This document shows, piece after piece, positions 37,442 to 44,936 of a stretch of 64,000 bases of DNA. The notes beneath the pieces are model-generated. The model searched no databases. It had not been told where the DNA came from and worked only from the letters and a program-made list of their open reading frames with translations. The position numbers were made by a program, and so were the translations under genes. Positions within the stretch are counted from its first letter, which is position 1; each line of letters opens with the position of its first letter. Source of the stretch: Bacillota bacterium (GTDB lineage: Bacteria > Bacillota > Clostridia > Lachnospirales > Lachnospiraceae); assembly GCA_023424995.1 (NCBI GenBank), contig JAFADH010000332.1:17237-81236 (forward strand). The letters are read 5' to 3'.

Positions 37442-38731
37442 ATGAAGCTGGTTGAAATGAGCTTGTCATCGGTAGTTATTATTATATCAATAATCTTTGT
37501 TCGTTCCTTATTTTTAAATAAGCTTTCCAAAAGGTTATTTGTTATATTATGGGCTATTGTTCTATGCCGTTTGTTTTTACCGGTCTCATTCCAATTTGAT
37601 CTTCAGCCATATATTAGAGATAATGATATAATAACCGGCAACGGTTTGTCTTTGGTCCAATTTGTTGAAAAGGCTGTAGATAATGCCGATGCCATATCGG
37701 AAACAGCGATGGGTTCTGATACTTATTCCGCGGGGATACCTGTGTCTGAGGTGATATTCTGGGTTTGGTGCGTGGGAATGATTGTTACCTTCATAGTGTT
37801 CCTTGTCCCGCACGCCAGATTTATATTAAAAAGCAGATCGGCAATTCTATTGAACAATGAAATGATCAACAGCTGGGTCGTTGATTATCATTTCAGGAGA
37901 AATATAATTATAAAGCAGTCGGATCTGGTTGCAATGCCTGTTACATACGGAGTTATCAAGCCGATTGTTCTGCTTCCCAAAGCGATAACCGAATTGGATG
38001 AAGAACAGCTGAAATGTGTTATTATTCATGAATTGGCTCATATCAGGCATTTTGATGTCATTATAAAATGGTTATTATTAATAGCAATCGGGATACATTG
38101 GTTTAATCCGTTCATTTGGATCGTTTATGTCTTAGCCAATCGGGACATTGAATTATCCTGCGATGAAGCAGTTATCCGAAGCATGAAAGCCGGCATATCA
38201 AGAAAGGCTTATGCAATGGCGCTTATAAATCTTGCTGAATACAGGCTTAAGTTTGCACCTATCGTCAGTGGTTTTAATAAAAGCGATATTGAAGAAAGGA
38301 TAGCGGCTATTATGACAATGAAAAAAGTAACTGTGAGAAGATGGATAGGAACATCAATTATAATTATTGGTACAGGAGTGTTATTTGCTACTACTTATGT
38401 AAGAGCAAATTCATCAGTGGACGTTCCGATTCAATCAAAAGAACTGAATGTAATGAATTATCCGGTGAATGAGAACGGGCAGACCTACGGATCCGCTCCA
38501 TATGGATCCGGTCTTTCACAAGATGTAGAACCGGATTTATTAGCGGCATATGGTGTCAATGGTTTATTAGGCTACGTTAAATCTGTTGATTTACGTGGAC
38601 CGGTGTTCAATTCTCCACAAGAAGCGATAGCGTATCAGGAAACCCATAAAGGCGGCAGAGTAATACCCTTATACGAAGTGGACGGAGTAACAATAATTGA
38701 TGAATTTATAGTTGGCGGTACCGGTAATTGA
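37442..38731 (+). CDS. M56-family (BlaR1/MecR1-like) membrane metalloprotease with non-PBP C-terminal extracellular domain
   Basis: N-terminal TM helices are followed by HELAHIRHFD (HExxH of peptidase M56). A further TM (IGTSIIIIGTGVLFATTYV) precedes a C-terminal domain of about 100 aa. That domain lacks SxxK/PBP motifs. Confidence 0.75.
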   Translation: MKLVEMSLSSVVIIISIIFVRSLFLNKLSKRLFVILWAIVLCRLFLPVSFQFDLQPYIRDNDIITGNGLSLVQFVEKAVDNADAISETAMGSDTYSAGIPVSEVIFWVWCVGMIVTFIVFLVPHARFILKSRSAILLNNEMINSWVVDYHFRRNIIIKQSDLVAMPVTYGVIKPIVLLPKAITELDEEQLKCVIIHELAHIRHFDVIIKWLLLIAIGIHWFNPFIWIVYVLANRDIELSCDEAVIRSMKAGISRKAYAMALINLAEYRLKFAPIVSGFNKSDIEERIAAIMTMKKVTVRRWIGTSIIIIGTGVLFATTYVRANSSVDVPIQSKELNVMNYPVNENGQTYGSAPYGSGLSQDVEPDLLAAYGVNGLLGYVKSVDLRGPVFNSPQEAIAYQETHKGGRVIPLYEVDGVTIIDEFIVGGTGN

Positions 38732-38770
38732 AGCAAAAGCTTTTAATAATACTTATGAGGAGGAATTATA

Positions 38771-39580
38771 ATGAGGCTATTTAAGATTAAAAAAATGACA
38801 GCAGTATTAATATGTATCTCGTTATTATTTATTATGGGTTCATCGGCATTCGCTTTAACGATTTCACCTCCGTACCAAACGCCTGTAATTAATGGGTATG
38901 TTTATACTCTCTATTCAGTAGCCAGTGACCGTTACATTGCCGGTGGAGGCACAATAGAAGCTATGGCCATGGTCAATGCAGATACTAACGTACCTATCGG
39001 ATATATGGGGGCGAATGCCCGGTTATTTAATTCGGCTGGCAGCTTAATAGCATCCAGCGGGACGGTATATAATACATCGAGTACATCGGGATGGATTGTT
39101 TATTCATCTGCTATAAGTACTCCCGGAGTGTATTATGCACAGAATACAGGATCGTTTTATAATGGGAGCGGATATACTGTATATACGGGATATGCGTCTC
39201 CGTTACAAACATTTCCAAGCTCAGGTTCATCGAGTTTTTCAAAAGCTGACAAAGCGAATGCGGAAAAGGCCTTGAATGAAATATTATCCGTATCTGAATA
39301 CAATAGCAATAGGAATGGTGAAACTTACGGTTCAGCATTATCTGCCGATACCATCGGATTTGAACCTGACTTGATAGCGGCTGTCGGTACCAATGGAATA
39401 AACGGATATGTGAGACCGGAGGATTTATCTCCGAAGCCATCAGCGGTTGGAGAAGCTCTTGCACAGGTGGGAGAGAATGGGAGCAGTCGTACAATTCCGC
39501 TGTATACCAGTGATGGTACGACTGTTATCGGGACATTTGACATAGTAACAAGATATGAAGTAATGTCCGATGACAAATAA
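38771..39580 (+). CDS. secreted protein sharing the C-terminal domain of the adjacent BlaR1-like sensor
   Basis: The signal peptide is MRLFKIKKMTAVLICISLLFIMGSSAFA. The Ser/Thr/Tyr/Gly-rich middle looks beta-rich. The C-terminal 90 aa or so align with the sensor C-terminus (NGETYGSA..EPDLIAAVGTNGINGYV..DL...RTIPLYTSDGTTVIGTF vs NGQTYGSA..EPDLLAAYGVNGLLGYV..DL...RVIPLYEVDGVTIIDEF). Confidence 0.7.
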   Translation: MRLFKIKKMTAVLICISLLFIMGSSAFALTISPPYQTPVINGYVYTLYSVASDRYIAGGGTIEAMAMVNADTNVPIGYMGANARLFNSAGSLIASSGTVYNTSSTSGWIVYSSAISTPGVYYAQNTGSFYNGSGYTVYTGYASPLQTFPSSGSSSFSKADKANAEKALNEILSVSEYNSNRNGETYGSALSADTIGFEPDLIAAVGTNGINGYVRPEDLSPKPSAVGEALAQVGENGSSRTIPLYTSDGTTVIGTFDIVTRYEVMSDDK

Positions 39581-39799
39581 TATGCATTTATCTGATTAAA
39601 TCGGTTTACATCTATATATTGGGGAAGCAAGAAAGCGGGATAATATGGCAGCATGTTCCTGCTTTTTTGCATTTCATACTGTAAACCGGCTGTTATTGCT
39701 TATTCTTCGCCTTTCATCGGTATGAATTTAATGAAAGCTATTGACATACTATATAAATTATAATAGACTACATTTTATAAATTGATATAAAAAGATAAA

Positions 39800-40120
39800 A
39801 ACCATGACGGAGAGAGTAAGCGTATTGCAAAAATCCCAGCGATCCGGGGACAGTGTGAGCCCGGTATGAGTAGCAGACGGCCGAAGATCACTCCCAAGTT
39901 GCAAGACCCAAAGGCAGGTTGAAGACAGCTGAGTAGGTTGAGCCGGTATCTACCGTTATATAGATAATGTATGAATGTCTATGGCAAGCAGAATGATCTG
40001 TGAACAGGAATTAAAGAATCAGAATCCTTATCTGCATAACATAAGCCGGGGCAGAGTACGTGAAACAGGTGGTATAATGACAGCATATGCTCTCATCCTT
40101 TTTCGGATGGGAGCTTTTTT
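39800..40120 (+). promoter_or_regulatory. T-box riboswitch leader, Ile specifier (AUC), controlling ileS
   Basis: - The AGAGAGTA box lies at about 39811.
- A distal AGTGTGA-type loop is present.
- The specifier context is GAAG-ATC-A (ATC at 39887-39889).
- The T-box core GGTGGTA carries TGGT at 40070-40073, matching discriminator A73 of tRNA-Ile.
- The terminator is GCTCTCATCC-N6-GGATGGGAGC plus TTTTTT (40089-40120).
- A possible promoter is TTGACA 39741-39746. Confidence 0.75.
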
Positions 40121-40245
40121 AAGCGGTAAATTCTTTATTATCTCCGGTATGATCCGCAGGTTCGCTGATTAAGTGAAGCTTTGATCCATAAAGGGAATAA
40201 TAAATAGAAGGCTGAAATTAATTATTATATTAGGAGGTTTTTAAT

Positions 40246-43200
40246 ATGTACGATAAGGTGTCTTCGGACTTGAACTTTGTCGAGAGAGAGAAAAAGGTCT
40301 TACAATTCTGGAAGGATCAGCAGATCTTTGAAGCCAGCATTAAGGAGCGCAGTAAGGGGGATACTTTTACCTTCTACGACGGACCCCCGACTGCCAACGG
40401 CAAACCCCATATCGGCCATGTGCTGACAAGGGTCATTAAGGATATCATTCCGAGATACAGAACCATGAAGGGCTATAATGTCCTTCGTAAAGCAGGCTGG
40501 GATACCCACGGCCTCCCTGTGGAGCTTGAGGTGGAAAAGCTGCTGGGTATCAACGGCAAGGACCAGATCGAAGCATACGGCCTGGAACCGTTTTTGCAAA
40601 AATGCAAGGAGAGCGTATGGAAGTATAAGGGCATGTGGGAGGATTTCTCCGGCACCGTGGGCTTTTGGGCCGATATGGAGAAGCCTTATGTTACTTATCA
40701 TAATGAATATATCGAATCCGTATGGTGGTCATTAAAGCAGATCTGGGAGAAGGGGCTTTTGTATAAGGGCTTTAAGACGGTTCCCTATTGTCCCAGATGC
40801 GGAACACCTCTTTCCAGCCATGAGGTTGCCCAGGGCTATAAGGATGTAAAGGAGAAGTCCGTAATCGCGAAGTTCCGTATGAAAGGGACCGCGGATGAAT
40901 ACATCCTGGCATGGACCACAACACCCTGGACACTTCCTTCCAATGTGGCACTCTGCGTGAATCCGGAGGAGACCTATGTGAAGGTGAAGGTATCCGTAGA
41001 TGCCAGGGGCAATGTACTGAAGAAAGACGGCGGCTGTTCCTGCGGACACGGACATGGCAAGGGACAGGATCACGGGCATGGTCATGGCAATGAGAGCTGC
41101 CAGGATCATGGGCATACCCATGACCATGGAGATAAACACGGCCATAATACTGCGGATGAAGCCTCAGCGGGAACAGAGCATTATATCCTTGCGGAAGCAT
41201 TGTTAGGGGTCCTTGAGGGTGATTATGAAGTAGAGCAGAGATATACCGGCAAAGAGCTGGAATATACGGAATATGAGCCTCTATTTGATTATGCGGAGGT
41301 GGATGCCAAGGCTTACTTTGTTACCTGTGACAACTATGTAACCCTGAGTGACGGTACCGGAGTGGTGCATATTGCACCTGCCTTCGGTGAGGACGATAAC
41401 CGGGTCGGCAAGATATACGGACTCCCCTTCGTTCAGCTCATTGACGGCAAGGGTGAATTCAAACCGGAAGCAACGGACCTGGCGGGCATGTTCTGCAAGG
41501 CTGCGGATGAACCGATCATGAAGCTGCTGGCACAGAAGGGCTTATTGTTTAAGATCCTTAAATTCGAGCACAGCTATCCCTTCTGCTGGCGCTGTGATAC
41601 CCCCCTCATCTATTACGCAAGAGAATCTTGGTTCATTAAGATGACTGCGGTGAAGGAGGAGCTGCTCGCCAATAACAATACCATCAACTGGATGCCGGAG
41701 AGCATCGGTCAGGGACGCTTCGGCGATTGGCTGAAGAACGTTCAGGACTGGGGCCTTTCCCGCGACCGTTATTGGGGAACTCCGCTTCCTGTCTGGGAGT
41801 GTGAGGACGGACACCGTCATTGCATCGGCAGCATTGAAGAATTAAAGTCCATGTCGGACAATTGCCCGGATAATATTGAGCTTCACAGGCCCTTCATCGA
41901 TGCGGTTACTATCAAATGCCCGGAATGCGGCAAAGAGATGACCCGTGTGAAGCCAGTGATCGACTGCTGGTATGATTCGGGTTCCATGCCCTTTGCGCAG
42001 TGGCATTATCCCTTTGAAAACAAGGAGCTGTTCGAGGAGAATTTCCCTGCGGACTTTATCAGCGAGGCTGTGGATCAGACCAGAGGCTGGTTCTATTCCC
42101 TGCTGGCGATCTCTACCCTGATTTTTGGGAAGTCTTCCTTTAAGAATGTTATCGTACTGGGACACGTTCAGGACGAGAACGGACAGAAGATGTCCAAATC
42201 CAAGGGAAATGCCATAGATCCCTTTGACGCGCTGGAGCAGCACGGAGCCGATGCGGTCCGCTGGTATTTCTATATCAACTCCGCCCTGTGGCTGCCCAAT
42301 CGTTTCCATCACGGGGCAGTTACCGAAGGACAGAGAAAGTTCATGGGTACCCTTTGGAATACCTATGCCTTCTTCGTGCTGTATGCCAACATTGATAATT
42401 TTGATGCAACCGGACATCAGCTGGAATATAATAAGCTGCCGGTTATGGATAAATGGCTGCTCTCCAGACTGAATACCCTGGTAAAATCCGTGGATGAGCA
42501 TCTGGATAACTACCGGATAACCGAGGGTGCAAGATTACTTGCACAGTTCGTAGATGAGCTTTCCAACTGGTATGTAAGAAGAAGCCGTGAGCGCTTCTGG
42601 GCGAAGGGGATGCCCCAGGATAAGGTCAATGCCTATATGACCCTATATACGGCATTGGTTACCATAGCAAAGCTTTCCGCACCCTTTATTCCCTTCATGA
42701 CCGAGGATATCTATCAGAACCTGGTGGCAAAACTCGATAAGAATGCAGCCAGGAGCATCCATCTGGCGGATTATCCGGTTTATAATGAAGCATGGATCGA
42801 TACCGGGCTGGAGGCTAATATGGAAGAAGTGCTGGAGGTGGTTGTGCTTGGCCGTGCCTGCAGGAATGCGGCCAACATCAAGAACCGCCAGCCCATCGGC
42901 AAAATGTATGTGAAGGCAGAGACAGAGCTGTCCGCCTTCTATACGGCAATCATAGCGGAGGAGCTGAATGTGAAGGAGGTTATCTTCACGGAGGATGTCA
43001 GGGACTTCACCTCCTATAATTTCAAGCCGCAGCTTAAGACACTGGGACCGAAATTCGGCAAGCAGATCGGTGCGGTACGCACCCTCTTATCCCAGCTGGA
43101 CGGTAATGCCGCCATGGATGAGATCAATGCAACCGGCAGACTGAAGATAGTAATTGACGGTGTGGAAGCAATACTGGATAAGGAAGATCTGTTGATCGAG

Positions 43201-43536
43201 GCTGCCCAGACGGAAGGCTTTGTCTCCGACTCCGACCATGGTATCACCGTGGTACTGGATACCAATCTGACGGAGGCTCTTATCGAGGAAGGCTATGTGA
43301 ACGAGATTGTCAGCAAGATTCAGACCATGCGCAAGGAAGCGGATTTTGAAGTTATGGACCATATCAGGGTATTCCAGGACGGCAATGATAAGATCCGGGA
43401 AATCATGCTCCGCAACGCAGAGGAGATCAGGACCCAGGTATTAGCGGAGGAATTGCTGTTTGACCAGGTACGGGGCTATGCCAAGGAATGGAACTTAAAC
43501 GGTGAAAATGTAACACTGGGCGTGGAGAAACTGTAA
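40246..43536 (+). CDS. ileS: isoleucine--tRNA ligase (long form with His-rich insertion)
   Basis: 1096 aa. The HIGH motif reads PPTANGKPHIGH and the KMSKS motif reads KMSKSKGN. A class Ia editing domain is present and a T-box leader lies upstream. Confidence 0.95.
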   Translation: MYDKVSSDLNFVEREKKVLQFWKDQQIFEASIKERSKGDTFTFYDGPPTANGKPHIGHVLTRVIKDIIPRYRTMKGYNVLRKAGWDTHGLPVELEVEKLLGINGKDQIEAYGLEPFLQKCKESVWKYKGMWEDFSGTVGFWADMEKPYVTYHNEYIESVWWSLKQIWEKGLLYKGFKTVPYCPRCGTPLSSHEVAQGYKDVKEKSVIAKFRMKGTADEYILAWTTTPWTLPSNVALCVNPEETYVKVKVSVDARGNVLKKDGGCSCGHGHGKGQDHGHGHGNESCQDHGHTHDHGDKHGHNTADEASAGTEHYILAEALLGVLEGDYEVEQRYTGKELEYTEYEPLFDYAEVDAKAYFVTCDNYVTLSDGTGVVHIAPAFGEDDNRVGKIYGLPFVQLIDGKGEFKPEATDLAGMFCKAADEPIMKLLAQKGLLFKILKFEHSYPFCWRCDTPLIYYARESWFIKMTAVKEELLANNNTINWMPESIGQGRFGDWLKNVQDWGLSRDRYWGTPLPVWECEDGHRHCIGSIEELKSMSDNCPDNIELHRPFIDAVTIKCPECGKEMTRVKPVIDCWYDSGSMPFAQWHYPFENKELFEENFPADFISEAVDQTRGWFYSLLAISTLIFGKSSFKNVIVLGHVQDENGQKMSKSKGNAIDPFDALEQHGADAVRWYFYINSALWLPNRFHHGAVTEGQRKFMGTLWNTYAFFVLYANIDNFDATGHQLEYNKLPVMDKWLLSRLNTLVKSVDEHLDNYRITEGARLLAQFVDELSNWYVRRSRERFWAKGMPQDKVNAYMTLYTALVTIAKLSAPFIPFMTEDIYQNLVAKLDKNAARSIHLADYPVYNEAWIDTGLEANMEEVLEVVVLGRACRNAANIKNRQPIGKMYVKAETELSAFYTAIIAEELNVKEVIFTEDVRDFTSYNFKPQLKTLGPKFGKQIGAVRTLLSQLDGNAAMDEINATGRLKIVIDGVEAILDKEDLLIEAAQTEGFVSDSDHGITVVLDTNLTEALIEEGYVNEIVSKIQTMRKEADFEVMDHIRVFQDGNDKIREIMLRNAEEIRTQVLAEELLFDQVRGYAKEWNLNGENVTLGVEKL

Positions 43537-43640
43537 GATATACAGGCATCAAACAGTAAGATATGTAGGCGCCAAAACAGTATGATATGCAGACGTCAAA
43601 ACAATATGAAATACAGAATTGACAGTATAGATCCGTAGTG
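43533..43640 (+). repeat. degenerate 21-24-bp tandem repeat, about 4.5 copies
   Basis: The units are:
- GTAAGATATACAGGCATCAAACA (43533-43555)
- GTAAGATATGTAGGCGCCAAAACA (43556-43579)
- GTATGATATGCAGACGTCAAAACA (43580-43603)
- ATATGAAATACAGAATTGACA (43604-43624)
- a partial fifth unit

The first unit overlaps the ileS stop codon. Confidence 0.7.
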
Positions 43641-43847
43641 TTATCCTATGGGTGTGATAACATGAAATTCAGAGGTGACGCAATCCGGCACACTTGATAT
43701 TACACAATCGGTAATATAAGTGAGAACGTGGAAAAGAGAATAAAATCATAACTGAACAAGGAAATAATGACTGTTTTATTACGGTTTGTTTTCCTTACCC
43801 AAGGTTTGATTTTATTACATTTTTCCACGCATATAATCCAAATTATT

Positions 43848-43879
43848 AAGCTGTGGAAAATTAATTCCACAGCTTTTTT
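43848..43879 (+). terminator. intrinsic terminator immediately upstream of the methyltransferase gene
   Basis: Perfect 11-bp arms AAGCTGTGGAA (43848-43858) and TTCCACAGCTT (43865-43875) run into a T-run. The methyltransferase SD starts about 25 nt later. Confidence 0.65.
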
Positions 43880-43918
43880 CATGTTATCACAAAAAAATAA
43901 ATCAGAGGAGATTTTAAT

Positions 43919-44758
43919 ATGTATCAAAGGCTTTTAGATTTTATATCGGGGAAACCCGAACTCTATGCGCAGAGCACGGCAAAATTCTGGAATGACGAGC
44001 ATATTTCAAAAGGAATGTTAAAGGCCCACCTTGACCCGGAGCAGGACGCGGCATCAAGAAACCATGAATTTATCGGCAGGTCGGCGGACTGGATTACGAG
44101 GGTGGCGCCGCCCTCACAATATACCGAATTGCTTGACCTGGGCTGCGGACCGGGATTGTATGCGGAAAAATTGACCCGATGCGGCTATCATGTAACAGGA
44201 ATAGACTATTCAAGCCGATCTCTGGAATATGCACGTAATAACGCGGAGCAAAATCATTTGGAGATCAATTACCGGTATCAGGACTACCAGGAGATATCAT
44301 ACCATGAACAATTCGATGTTATAACACTGATCTACTGTGATTTTAGTGTTTTTTCAGACAGCGGACGAAAAAAGCTGCTGGATAAAATATGGAGAGCATT
44401 GAAGCCAAACGGTAAATTTATCGTGGATGTATTTACGCCGGAAGAATATCAGGACAGGAAAGAATCCAGGGAATGGTCCTACAGTGAAGGCGGATTCTGG
44501 AACGAAAAACCGCATATCTGTTTAGATTCCCGATACTTTTACGAAGAAGGCGCTACCAGACTGGATCAAACGGTTGTTATAACAGGAGATACAATCGAAT
44601 GCTATAATTTATGGGATCACACCTTTACTGCGGATGAGTTAAAAAGCGACTTGTGTACCGCTGGATTTCATACGGTTGATTTTTACGGGGATGCGGCAGG
44701 AGCTGACTATATGCCTGACAGTAAGCTGTTATGTGCGGTCGCAACGAAGGGGGTATAA
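43919..44758 (+). CDS. class I SAM-dependent methyltransferase
   Basis: Motif I is LLDLGCGPGLY, followed by the post-I acidic residue (GIDYS). 279 aa. SD is AGAGGAG. Confidence 0.75.
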   Translation: MYQRLLDFISGKPELYAQSTAKFWNDEHISKGMLKAHLDPEQDAASRNHEFIGRSADWITRVAPPSQYTELLDLGCGPGLYAEKLTRCGYHVTGIDYSSRSLEYARNNAEQNHLEINYRYQDYQEISYHEQFDVITLIYCDFSVFSDSGRKKLLDKIWRALKPNGKFIVDVFTPEEYQDRKESREWSYSEGGFWNEKPHICLDSRYFYEEGATRLDQTVVITGDTIECYNLWDHTFTADELKSDLCTAGFHTVDFYGDAAGADYMPDSKLLCAVATKGV

Positions 44759-44764
44759 CCGCTT

Positions 44765-44830
44765 CCATATAAGTTCTCCGTATAAGCTCCCCATATAAGC
44801 TCCCCATATAAGATCTCTGTATAAGCCCTC
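44765..44830 (+). repeat. 13-bp tandem repeat, 5 copies
   Basis: CATATAAGTTCTC / CGTATAAGCTCCC / CATATAAGCTCCC / CATATAAGATCTCT / GTATAAGCCCTCT. It lies between convergent genes. Confidence 0.7.
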
Positions 44831-44936
44831 TGTTTAGACTGCTTAAATTGCAGAATAATCGTGGACAACTCACAAGGATTGGAGTGCAGGCAGATAGCGG
44901 TCAGGTTAAAAGAGCTGCGACCGGATCCGGATCGTA

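Noticed and set aside
39975-40172. 65-aa ORF upstream of ileS
   Set aside because: It lies entirely inside the T-box leader, spanning the T-box sequence and terminator. It has no SD.
40732-41200. Antisense ORFs of 137 and 142 aa inside ileS
   Set aside because: They are shadow ORFs created by the repetitive His/Gly codon tract of the IleS insertion.
43700-43927. 75-aa minus-strand ORF between ileS and the methyltransferase gene
   Set aside because: It is AT-rich and lacks an SD. It overlaps the plus-strand terminator and attenuator structure and the methyltransferase start. It is more likely an artefact of AT-rich DNA.
43533-44830. Possibility that the 24-bp and 13-bp repeat arrays are CRISPR arrays
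   Set aside because: The repeats are directly adjacent with no unique spacers. The units are degenerate and non-palindromic, and there are no cas genes in the window.
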